DNA from: Choristocarpus tenellus KU-1152
Taxonomy: Eukaryota > Protista > Phaeophyceae
Assembly (NCBI GenBank): GCA_964200185.2
Contig: CAXNAD020000004.1
Location: 1-64,000, forward strand
Direction: 5' to 3'
DNA: 64,000 bases
Below, piece by piece: positions 1-12,594 of this stretch. Position 1 is the stretch's first letter. Each line of letters starts with the position of its first letter. The notes below the pieces were generated by a model that saw only the letters and a program-made list of their open reading frames with translations, was not told the DNA's origin and searched no databases. The position numbers and the translations under genes are program-made.

Positions 1-51
1 AACCCAACAGTGCCACCCCCCCCCCCCCCCCCCCCCCAGATACTTTGAGCC
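1..51. mobile_element. Right end of another copy of the same MITE, cut by the window edge
   Basis: acagtgccaccc...CCCCCCAGATACTTTGAGCC matches 1641-1672. Confidence 0.7.
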
Positions 52-249
52 TCTCATCAAAGGAAACACACACTATTTCCATCATCTATGAACAGAAGTC
101 CAATGATTGACAGTATTGTGGTTTGAAATCACAAATTGGGAGAGACATGGAATCCTAGTAGGGTATGTTCTGGACGTACCCCCACAGTGCTCGATACTCT
201 ATGGTTGGGGTCATGAGTTATAGTCTGCTGAGTTGAAAGTTTTATTCTA

Positions 250-900
250 GTATATTTGAGCTTGAGCGGTGTGATCAGTAAGTAAGATGGTGTGTGTTAT
301 TGAACATGGTAGTGTGCAGTTAAAATAACACAATAAAAAAATCTGGCGTCTATTGATCGATTTATTCTGAAAGATTGGTGACGATGTTTTTGCACTTTAC
401 ATATCGATTAAGGTATTGTTGGAAAGGTCCAACACAATCCGATGAGGTGGTGGTTAAATGAAGGACTCGATCACTTCATCCGGGCTTATTCCACCTCGAT
501 CACTTCACCATTAATAATTTTTTCCTGGTCACTAACTATTCGAAAAGGCACTCTCCAGGCCGGATTTAGATAGAACTCGTCAAGACGCAGACATAGATAC
601 ACAGATACACAGATACCAAAGTTCTTAAAATAAAAAGGAAAATATATGGAGGAGAAAAATGGTGAAAACCAGGGTGAGGAGGTCATTTGAATGGCATATT
701 ATTAAAACTTGACAATCACCTCAACGCACAAACTGTGGGGTCATCAAGTGTTACATTCTCGTTTACTTCACTCCTTCGTTTGATCATGCATCATCCTGAT
801 CTCTGTTCTTTTACTACTGCTAGAGGTGATATTCTTCAGTCTTTAATTTCTTGGGTCATACTCTCTCGTTACAACAATCACTCTAACCCTAACCATAGTG
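250..900 (-). mobile_element. Possible degenerate LINE apurinic-endonuclease relic
   Basis: Minus-strand fragments fall in the expected order: ICVSVY (cf. ISVYAP), KIINGE (cf. IIGGDFN), LSNNTLIDM* (cf. LxDxWR), LLTDHTA (cf. SDH). They are broken by stops and frameshifts. Confidence 0.35.
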
Positions 901-1492
901 ACATATCCTTGGCGATCATGAAATCATGTGTTTTATTTCAGTGTTTCTGTGTCGATATGGTTCCCATACTCTAGGACCTTGAGATTAGAGGTGCTAGGGT
1001 CTTTGATGTTGTCATCGGTCTTTGATGTTGTCATCGATCTTTGATGTTGTCATCGATGGTGACTAGTACTTCGGACTGGGATACCTTAACTAATCCTTGG
1101 ATTTTCATTGATTCATGGTTTTAAAAAATGTCCAAATTTGTTGGGATTTATCCTTTGGTGTCAGTTATTCCCCCCCAATTGTCCTTACTTCATCCCCCAT
1201 ATCTCTCTTGGCTTTGCTTGCTAAATCTTTGACTATAACTGCTAGCCTATCCAACGTTTCTTGCTAATTCTTTCCTTTGTCCATTATCGCCTTGATCTGA
1301 TATCTGCCTTGTTGTGCCATCTGCAACCAACTTCTCCATTGCATGAACCTATCCATGTATACACTCTGTTGATCTGCCCTCTCTCCCCACCTTTCCCTCC
1401 TTGTCTCTGCTTTTCAATCCATGTCTTCTATCTTGTGTGTACTAGTATTTTGCAGCATCCAACTTCCAACTCCTTGAAACCATCCTCTGCAA

Positions 1493-1672
1493 GGCTCAAA
1501 GTATCTGGGGGGGGTTGGGGGGGTTTACACCAAAGTGTCCATTTGGGCCTTGAACAGGAAAAGTGCACATACACTATCTATCCAACACATGCAACCAAAT
1601 CACCCACAGATTGCGACATGAAAAAAATGGCTCCAAATGGACAGCCGCCACTCCCCCCAGATACTTTGAGCC
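1493..1672. mobile_element. MITE, 180 bp, PIF/Harbinger (Tourist)-like
   Basis: Perfect 20-bp terminal inverted repeats GGCTCAAAGTATCTGGGGGG ... CCCCCCAGATACTTTGAGCC. No clean TSD at this copy. Confidence 0.75.
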
Positions 1673-1993
1673 ACAATCCCCAAATCCAATACTGCTACTT
1701 CACAACCAGCCTCTAACACCAAAACAATAGGCACACTCGTTTCCTTCAACCCTTTCCTTTGTACCGTTTGTTTGCCTCCAACAGCCTACAACCATTAGTG
1801 GCCTCCAATTATTTCCCTATTATTCCAAATCCAATTCCATGCCATTCAACTTCTCTGAATTCTTTCTTGTATGTTGCAATTCCATAATGTGAATTTAAGG
1901 GCACTTTTTCTTTTTTAAGTTGCAATAATTATTGAGAAAAGCGCGCGATTTCTTCAAGCGCGCAGTAGTGAATAGGGAATACAAAGTTTAACA

Positions 1994-4900
1994 ATGGGCT
2001 ATCTCCACATTACCAATTTCAACACGAAGTTCAACAAGATGATACCCAGTTGGCTGTGGATGACTTTGGGCGGGGCCCTGGCATTCTCGAGCGAGGCTTC
2101 CGCCTCCGGTGAAAACTGGGCAGTGATCGTCGCGGGATCACGAGGCTTCGTGAACTACAGACATCAGGTAAGTCCCTGTAGGTATCGAGAGTGGAATTGA
2201 AGACCCATGTTTAGAGTTGGTCCATTACGTAGTCCTTAGCCTCTTGGAATGGGAATGATAGTTAGGACTGCGCCGTATTGTTAGCTTCCGGGTTTAGAGT
2301 TAACTCATCAGGTCCTGGTCGGCAAGATGACTTGACCTTTAGAAGGGTTTCAAAGTTTGAAGGAGAGCAAAGATTGTCGAAAGCTATAACGCACTGGTTG
2401 TCTTGGACAGTCTATTTGGTGAAATATAGGAGCTTCGAGAGTCTCTCTTGCATAGAAAACATGAAACCTTGCTTTTACAATATTGCGGAGGTGGTTCGCT
2501 TCGTGTTGCTCTCTTTTTGATTGTAACCCCACCACTCTTCCTTGGACAGGCGGATGTTTGCCATGCCTATCACCTAGTCCGGCGCAATGGGATCCCATCG
2601 GAAAGGGTTATCTTGATGACCTATGATGATGCTGCTTTGAGTATTGACAACCCTTTGCGAGGATCTTTGTTCAAGTGCGTGGTACCTGACTCATATCATT
2701 TGCTCTATTTATTGAATGAATGAGTATCTGAACGCGGGAAGAGCTGCCTGCTTGATGTAATAGAAATTTTGGCGTTGATAGACGACAACCCGCTTATAAA
2801 CCTATTCCGATGCGATAACCTTGTTGACCTAACATATATAACCTGTATGTCTGGGGGGGGTTGCTGTACAGCAAGCCAACGCCTGTTGGAGTTCCAGGTT
2901 ATGATGTATATCGGGGCTGCGAGGCTTCATACACAGGAGAAGAGGTGACTGCAACCAACTTTATCGCTGTTCTTAAGGGGGATTCTGACACAACAGGTGA
3001 TCTGCACCTCTAGGTAATGTGACACATAATATGAACAACTGAGAATGATTTGCGACCTATTGATTTGTAGTTTTGAGACACACCATTTGACCCATTTGTA
3101 ACTGCCAATCTTGTGTGTTTAAGTATTGTGTGTGTGTAAGGATTGTGGTTAAGTTTGTTTGTATGTTTGCTTGCTCTTAGGTTGCGAATGATTCCCGTCT
3201 CCATGGTGACCTTGTGACCTTGTGGCTACTCTCCTGCAGTACAATTAAACTATACACAAGGGCAATTAAACTATACACAAGGGCACACTGACGACATGGG
3301 AGTTGACTCTGGAACATAGTTTCTTTCCTCATCAGTGCTGATCACTAAATCTTGCTATCATCCTTACCCAGTTATTGCTGTTGTCTGTTGACACTGGTTA
3401 TCCTCCATGTGCAGGAGGGAAGCCTGTCCTGAGAAGCACCTCTAAAGACCGTGTGTTTGTATATTTTGCTGACCATGGTGCAGTGGGACTTGTTGCAATG
3501 CCAGTCGGGGACCCGTTATTTGCAAGTGACCTTATAGACACTCTCCACTTCATGCAGGACAATCAGGTGTGTTCGCAGACACCCTTTATGCGTCTCTGAT
3601 TGCTACATCTTGCAATATCACAATATCTCCTATTTTTACAAATGTAGTCAATAAGAATATGTTTATATCTTACTGCAAGAGTTCATTGTATGTGGTTTTA
3701 AGGTTATAAGGTTATGCTGGAGGAATTCATCTACTCTGGGGGTATTCAGTAAATGAATGGTACAGGAATTTAGTTGGGTACACAGCATCTCTCAACTCCT
3801 GCAACATGGATGACCTCTTCCACAACATGGATGACATGGATGACCTCTAGGCTGACTCTTCCACCCTATGTTTAATTCGTACTAGGCTGACTCTGCATGA
3901 CTCTGCATGACTGTGTATGTTCAATTTCCACAAGCCTAACTGTGCATGTGATGTCCATCCTAATAATTGACAGATGTACAAGGAGTTGGTATTTTATATC
4001 GAGGCATGTGAATCTGGGAGCATGTTTGAAGGGCTTCTGCCTTCCAATGCAAGCATTTATGGCATGACTGCAGCCAACTCTCATGAGTCTTCTTATGGAA
4101 CCTACTGTGGGGAGGAGAGTACTGTTGATGGCGTGGTGAGTCTTTTGGTTAGGGTTAGGGTTAGTCTTTAAAGCCTTAGGAGGGTAGGTGATACCAGAAA
4201 ACCAACTGGGCTGTTCATTAATACTTTTTTTATTTTGTGAGTTATAAAATGACAACTTCACTGCTGCATTTCCACTTATTTTGTTTTGTGTGGAGTCAAT
4301 TTACTTCATTTCCACTGCTCCAATTATTCCAACTGCATTGTTTTCAATATACTTCATACTTCACTTACTGACAGATTTAGAATGTGCTGGACTATGATTC
4401 AATATTTTTTATCTTTTTTTGTTCAATGTTGTTTTATTGTGTACCTTGTCTTGTTTTGTTTGCAGATGATTGGCTCATGCCTGGGTGACCTGTACTCTGT
4501 AAACTTCCTTGAGAACAGCGATGATCCAGCTAGTTTCCAGAGGGAGACTCTAGATGGTCAGTTTGAAATAATCAAGAACAAGACCACTATGAGTCATGTA
4601 CAAAAGGTAAGAATAATGATGTTTACATGGACATCATACATTGGTATTGGTATTGGTATTGGTATTGCAATATCTTTTTTGTTATGTATTCAAATTTTGA
4701 ATATACTAGTCTTTTATATAGTCTTATATAGTCTTTTAGATAGTCTTTTATATATGTGGTCAGGCTAGTGTAGAGTAATGGACAGTAACATAGGAGAGTA
4801 GCTGTTATTAATAAAATAAATAATAATTGATGAAGTGTTTGGAGATATTTGAATTGACTGTTATTTTCAGTGTGAGGTACATGAAGGTGAATGTGTATGG

Positions 4901-7900
4901 GGAAATAATAGTTGTGTGTGAGATTATGTGATGTAGTTTGAGTAGGATGGGAGCAATAGAACCTTCTTTGAAATTGCATTGGTTAAGTCGAGAGTGAAAG
5001 GAATATGACATGACAGGACATGACATGACAGGACATGACATGAGAGAAATATACCAAGCTGGACATGACATGTATCATAGTGTGGTCACAAGTTCTTGAA
5101 GTTGAAGTCTTTTACTTTGTTGTATAGGTATTGTATTTTTGATGCTTCAAGGTAGGATTTGTAAGAATAGAGTGATGCTTGGAACTGTGCAAGCAGAAGG
5201 GATAAGATGCACATGATAGTGTCAGACTAGTAGACTAATTGACTAGTAGACTAATTGACTGATAGACTAATTGACTAGTAGACTAATTGACTGATAGACT
5301 AATTGACTAGTAGACTAATTGACTGATTGACTAGTAGACTAATTGACTAGTAGACTGATAGACTAATTGACTAGTAGACTAATTGACTAGTAGACTAATT
5401 GACTGATAGACTAATTGAATGATAGACTAATTGACTGATAGACTAATTGACTGATAGACTAATTGACTAGTAGACTAATTGACTGATAGACTAATTGACT
5501 GATAGACTAATTGACTAGTAGACTAGTAGACTGATAGACTAATTGACTAGTAGACTAATTGACTGATAGACTAATTGACTGATAGACTGATAGACTAATT
5601 GACTAGTAGACTAATTGACTGATAGACTAATTGACTAGTAGACTGATAGACTAGTAGACTGATAGACTGATAGACTAATTGACTAGTAGACTAGTAGTCT
5701 AATTGACTAGTAGACTAATAGACTAATTGACTAGTAGACTAGTAGACTAATTGACTGATAGACTAATTGACTAATAGACTAATTGACTAGTAGACTGATA
5801 GACTAATTGACTAGTAGACTAGTAGTCTGATAGACTGATAGACTAGTAGACTAATTGACTGATAGACTGATAGACTAATTGACTAGTAGACTAATTGACT
5901 GATAGACTAATTGACTAGTAGACTGATAGACTAGTAGACTGATAGACTAGTAGACTGATAGACTAATTGACTAGTAGTCTAATTGACTAGTAGACTAATA
6001 GACTAATTGACTAGTAGACTAGTAGACTAATTGACTGATAGACTAATTGACTAATAGACTAATTGACTAGTAGACTGATTGACTGATAGACTAATTGACT
6101 AGTAGACTAGTAGTCTGATAGACTGATAGACTAGTAGACTGATAGACTAATCCACCGTACAACACACCAATGTAAATACCATTGATTGTGTTGTAAAGAG
6201 TGTTGGGATGGACCTATTTTTGTATTATTATTACTATTATTATTATTATTATTACTGTGGTGTGTACTCACTAATTTGAAGTAGGCCACATTTTAATTGA
6301 AAATTTGTGCTTTTGACCTTTTCTCACCACAGTAAGAGAGTCTCCTAACCCTAACCCTAACTCCTCACTCTCCCCCCCCAACGGCCTTGTGTTCAGTTTG
6401 GGTCAGATTACATGGGTTTTGAACCCATTTCTTGGTTTGAGGGAAGTATTGACTTTCCATCTGTTGGCTTGAGCAGGTTCTATTCTGTGGATTATTTTCC
6501 CAAAACGCCTATCAATTCTCGTGACATCCCACTCTACACTCTCACAAACAAGAAACTATTTGCAAACAGGTGACTACCTAACCAACTCATGTAGGGATAC
6601 ATATATACTGTTAACAGGATTACACTTGTACTTAGCTCATGGAGGTTATTACGAATCAATGGTTTCATTTCATTCCCCTAACCCTAACCTAATAGTGTTG
6701 GAAGGGAAGCTACCCCTCCTAATCTTGTTTGATATCCCACTTAGAAGTAGAGTAGATTTAATTGATGTTCCAATAATCACAAAAATGAGTACATAAATAG
6801 GTTTCAGGATGGATGATTCAGATCATGGTCTGTCTTTTGTCTTTTGTCTTTTGCCAGCTTGTACTCACATTGGAACCTTAGTTTTACCTGTAGATTTACC
6901 TGTTCTTTTTCACACCCGTGCTATTGTCGTATCCCTAACCCCAACCCTATTGTGATATTGAATTGTGTTATTTAATTATGTTGTTAAATTGTGTTCGCAT
7001 ACAATAGACATCACACTTTTTTCTCCTAGTATTGCTATCAGAGGGTAACTATGTTTGCTGATGCCCATATGTGGTACTTAGTTTATTGGGATAAATATCA
7101 TCAATAGAGGGTGGGGTGTTTGATTTCTATTGTTCACATTTTTGATGAAGATATGTACCAATCAAGTCAAGAGAACATCTACAAACCTGCAGATACTTTT
7201 CAGTCATCAATCTTGTATGGGGCATGCTTCCTGGTCATCAATCTCAATTCTGTTGTTTTGACTGTGAATGAAAGGTTTTGTAAATACTTAGGTATTTTAC
7301 TGTGGTCACTAAAATCTGATGTACTCCACAATGTGTATGGTGTGTGAGTGAAAGTATCTTAGAGGGTACAAGTTTTGCCCTGTTTGTCCATTTTTTGGGG
7401 GGGCTTGACTTCCCACGTTTTTTTAATGACATTTTCCTACTCTGAAATGTTTCAGAGTAGGTAAAATATGTATGTTATGAAATGTGTGTACAGAACAAGG
7501 ATATTGACACTTCCTAACAAACACAATAGCCAAAATTACATCAAAATCGCAACATTGGATTTTTGCCCCCAAAGATACTTTAACTCTGTATATGACATGC
7601 ATATATCGATACCTTACTTACCGAGTGCCACAAGATATTTCCAGGAAAGTGTGCATGCATGTGATGAGATAAGAAATTGAATTAAGCCCTTCTATTCTAT
7701 TCTCTTGTCAATCTTTGCCAATTGTTTGGAATCAAAGGGATTGTATCACTTCAGTATAAAGTTATTTATGAGAATATATACATACATATATTGCCATGTT
7801 TTGTGCAGTGCTGAGGAAGCTGCAGCACTTGGTGATGAAATAGCAAAGGAACTGACTCAACGAGAGTATGCAGACGTTATTTTCAGGAGGATTGCAACAC

Positions 7901-8411
7901 TTTTCTCAGGTGAGGTCGTGTCAGGTTTGGGAAGTGTAAGTATTGTGTATTGAATGTACAGTTCATGTACTTGTATGTAGTATACATAGGTTTCTTGAAT
8001 GCACTTGAGGGAGATATATAGTGCACCAATATTGTACTAGGTTTCTGTTGTACAAGCATCATGCTAGCAAACATGGTCCACAGACATTTAGTCTTCCAAC
8101 AGATTGCTTTCTTCAGTAGAATAACATTTCCCCAAACTAAAATCTCATCTATAAACATACAATGCTCTCTAGGTGAGCTACATGTGGATTACTTCTCAAG
8201 ACCCCTTCCACCTGGTGGACTTACTGAACATGAGTGTCTCAAGGCTGTGACCAAGACTGCCATAGCCCACTGTGGTCCTTTTGATGACTATAGTCTGAAA
8301 CATGTTCGGGTACTGGCTAACCTTTGCCAAGAGGGATTTGATACCACTGCTGTGTCCGAAGGTATAGTTATGGTTTGTGACAGCATGTCCTCCAAAAGCT
8401 TAGAGAGGTAA
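1994..8411 (+). CDS. LGMN: Legumain / vacuolar processing enzyme (peptidase C13, asparaginyl endopeptidase), 9 exons
   Basis: Exons 1994 (or 2039)-2167, 2550-2674, 2872-2996, 3415-3566, 3974-4135, 4466-4606, 6397-6569, 7809-7909, 8173-8411. All introns are GT-AG and phase-consistent. Motifs: [24 protein letters not shown], catalytic His FADHG, catalytic Cys [30 protein letters not shown], and a Cys-containing C-terminal prodomain (ECLK..HCG..DYSLKH..LANLC). Signal-peptide-like N-terminus from the ATG at 2039. Confidence 0.95.
5225..6151. repeat. Complex 8-bp-unit satellite GACT+(AATT/AGTA/GATA/AATA/GATT), about 116 units
   Basis: Directly visible in legumain intron 6. Confidence 0.95.
7346..7586. 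mobile_element. Related MITE, 241 bp, in legumain intron 7
   Basis: TIRs GAGTGAAAGTATCTT ... AAGATACTTTAACTC, 3-bp TSD TGT/TGT, and an internal hairpin CCTACTCTGAAA..TTTCAGAGTAGG. Confidence 0.7.
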
Positions 8412-10054
8412 TTACTGGAGGAAGTGATGGGTTGACCATTGATTTTGTATATATACTGGTTTTGTGTAGTTGATCTCTGTGGTATTAAGCCACATGGTGT
8501 GTCTCCCTTACATTATTGTGCACAGGATGGTATTGTCCTGATGCATCCAGATGACAAGATATTTGACACATATGAGATGTACACCAACCAAGAACAACTA
8601 TTGGAAGGGGAATTTGTGCCTAATGGGACTGAGGTCCAGTATTTTTTGTTGTGAGAGATACCCTATTGCTACTTGCCGGTGATCTTTCTAGTCCTTTGTC
8701 CTTTGATGGTGTGAAGTGTTGGACCTTGTGTAGTTATTGCAGTTACAAAAATGTAGACCAAGTCAGTTCAGGGTCAATGCATCAACATGCTGATGTCGAT
8801 ATTTTGAGGAGGGCACACCTGTGTGAGGACTAGAAACACCACACACCTACAAGTTCACAAAAGCTTTTGCCACCATGTGTACTTCTAATAAGCTCTCCTA
8901 TTACCTTCTGAATGGTGCTCTGAGGTATATATCACATTGCATACTATTCTGTGGTTGGTAGTATATATAGATAATAGTAGTTGTTGACCTTTTTTTTTAC
9001 TTGACAGGGGCTAGCTACAGAGACTGCTGATGTGTGCCAACATTCCATGACTTGAATGTTGATTAAGAGGGGTTAAGAGGGGGGGCTGGTCATCTTTCAT
9101 TTTGTGTACTGGGAACATTTATTTTCATTCTGTGCTGTATTTCGCGTAAGACAAATTTTCCTCTGAGGGCACTGTGTTCCACCCTGTAAGCATAAATGTC
9201 ATATGCATCTAGAATAGGGACACTAAAGTGCCACACAATTTGAGCAATCGTTTTCCTACAAGTACAAGTACAAGTAACTACACAGCGAAAGACCCTCAGA
9301 CGCTCTCTGATGGTGGTGGTATCATGCTCATAACCTACAAAGTACCTAAGAAGTCAGGATTGGGCTCATGGAAGAAATGGTGTGTCTTGAGTGCAGTCAA
9401 GGTAGCATCTGCATGCTTCAAAGATGTAGGGAGGTGCACAGGCTACTACTGTACAAATGATCCAAGTGGTGCTTTAAGAGGAAAATCTGACCTAATACAA
9501 CAAACACACTATTCATTTGGATAGAGTTTTGGTTTTGTGTATGTGTGTGTGTGCATTGAGAGAATGATAGCGACCTTGGCTACATAGGTGTGTCATGTTG
9601 GAAACATTATTGCATGTAAAACTAGTATGAAAGCCCCCCCCCATCATTCCTCAATATGATGTACATCACATGCTTGAAGTACTTTCATGCTCTGCCAGAT
9701 GACTCCATGTTTTGTTTGATGTGTAATCACTCTATTATCAACTCTTCATCCTCATCAATAGTTAGTTACTTCAAGTATCTATGCTGTGATGTCTGTGCAA
9801 AACTTCCCTGTTCTAGTCCCATTTCAGTTGAAGTGCTTTTGAGAATAAGAAGGAACACCATTTAATAGAGTTTTATGTATGGGCACTGAACTACCTCTGT
9901 TCTAAAAAGGGATGGAGGGTTGTATAGTATGATAAATGTATGCATCACGAACACATCATGAACACACTAGCCAGCAACGAGTCCAGGAGGGCACTGTGGG
10001 CAGAACAAAAAAAAAATGAATGTACAGGACTACCAAAGAATCCACCAGAGACAA

Positions 10055-12403
10055 TTAGACACGAGGGTTCCTAGGGCATGCTTCAATCAGATGGGCTCGC
10101 CACACCTCCTCATCATCTGCACTGCCCAAATCCTTGAAGCACAGAGGGCATATGCTTCCAGGACCTCCTTCAGAACATGAACCATCATTACCAACAGTGT
10201 AAACCAGTGTAGGGACCAGATAGTAGTACCATGTGAGAGCAATGTTCATGTTACCAGACTTGCAAGGTGCATGCATGCAAATGAAATCTAACTGTTTATA
10301 GGTTTGGGAAGACGCCAGAGAAGACAGTCAAATGAGGTGTTTATCTATGGTCTGAATGGGTACAAATGCAACACACGAAGTGTAGTGAGTTACTGTGATT
10401 CAATTGCAAATTCAAGGCAACTGGCATCAAAAATCGAGGGTTCAAAATTGATAGTTTTAATGGACTGATGTGAGATCTGCTGTAATTTCCTTGTTGGACC
10501 CTTTTGCAATTGGTGCTTTGCACACATTTTGATTGTATTTGCATTTATACCCATCTAAAATTTCAATTCATTATTGGTCAATGTGATCCTAACCCTAACC
10601 CAGATGATGCAATTACATTATCCACATATTCACACTTGTCACTCTACATGACACTCTACATGACTAGACAATAGTCTGGTGGGTAAACCTTGTGACAAAC
10701 CTATTGCATAGATTTTTCTTTCCCCCAGCTGCATTTATAACTATAGGGAGGATATGTGCACACAAAATAAATCAAAAGTTGTGAGAGGTGTATTTAGTCA
10801 AGAAACTTCCTCATCTACAGACAGGTGCAGTATTAAGTACAGAGGGGTTATTACACATTTCGTAATTTAAGGTATTGAACTTATTTTGGTGCAGGGTCTC
10901 TAAAGATAATTGTCACTCACTTTGACAGATCATCACTGTATAGTGTTCCCAAATTGTGACATACATACTCAAAGGACAAACAACTTTACAAACAACATTG
11001 CACACAATTTTGTACCTCTGCCACAATGAAGTTATACTGAAACATACATACCTTTCCCTGGGGGTTTGCAGTGTTTTGATTTTTTCCACTTGTGTATCTG
11101 GTCCTTGTGGATGGCGAGGTGACTGACTTGGCATTCTTCAAAGTGATCTCTATTCTGACATTCTTCTAGAAGATGTTCTGGTATGGAGGAGATCTCAATC
11201 ACCTGATGGGTAGTGAGTGAGGGAGGGGCAATGGAGGTGTTATTCACATGGTATGCAAGCCACCACTAGCCTCAAGCAATTGACTACCAGTTCTGACTGG
11301 TGTCACATCAACCTGCCAAAAAAATGTATAAATCAATGTAAACCAAATACCATAATGCTATCATGTTACTACATGGTTGGAGGTACAGAAGGTAACTCAT
11401 GAATACCCATCAGAGAACAATAACTGAGGATCATTCCAAAATAAAACACAACACACAACACACAACACAAACATATACAAGAATAACATTAAAGCCACCA
11501 AGTACTTCAAAGCACAAGCTTATGATTTTGTAATGATACTTATTAACTGCAGAAATAGCAAGTACTCCTTTAATAGATGGTAAATAATCTAGTGACTGGT
11601 ACTTATGTGATTCAACTCAATGCATGCCCTTTGAAGTCCACTTTGTACTGACAACGAGGGTACACTTTACAACATAACATACCACACATTACAACACAAC
11701 ATACCACACTTTACAACACAACATACCACACTTTACAACACAACATACCACACTTTACAACACAACATACCACACTTTACAACACAATATACCACACATT
11801 ACAACACAACATACCACACTTTACAACACAACATACCACACTTTACAACACAACATACCACACATTACAACACAACATACCACACTTTACAACACAACAA
11901 ACACTACTTCACATTCCACATACTTATATACCAACACAATGTTTTGTTCTGAACCAACAACCAACTTGAGGTAGATGAAAAGTGACCAGGCTTCATGTCT
12001 ATGATGGTCAAGTCATGAGTGATCAGACATGTACCTGTCCACACTCAGTGCAGCTCATTAGCATGGGACAATGCTGCCAATAGTGCATATCCATCTTCTC
12101 CTCAGTGAAGGATGGGTCATACTTGCCACAGAATTGACATGTGCAGCTCAGGTACTCATCAAAGTCCTTTTGATCACCATCACCATCACCATCACCATCA
12201 CCATCACCATCACTGTCTGTATAATGGAAATAGCCAGTGTCAAGAAGTTAAAAAAAGGAAATCATTGCTCTCCAGTCAAACTTAGCACTTCATCCATAGA
12301 AGATGCGGGTGAATTAAAAAATATTGTAAGACTGGATTAAGGTGGGATGTGGGTGAATTAGAATGCACAACGGGCAAAACTTGGCTACCTTTTTTACTTT
12401 TTT

Positions 12404-12453
<50 letters not shown>

Positions 12454-12537
12454 CCTTCTTTTAAATTGTTTTACTCAGGGAACTTTTTTTGCATTTTCCC
12501 TTACCCTTTTTTTTTTTTTTGTTGTTTNNNNNNNNNN

Positions 12538-12594
<57 letters not shown>

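Noticed and set aside
1261-1716. 151-aa ORF upstream of legumain
   Set aside because: Non-ATG start, runs through a MITE, and has no recognisable motif.
9228-9870. Coding-looking fragments between legumain and CEP104
   Set aside because: Interrupted by stops, with no recognisable domain or splice chain.
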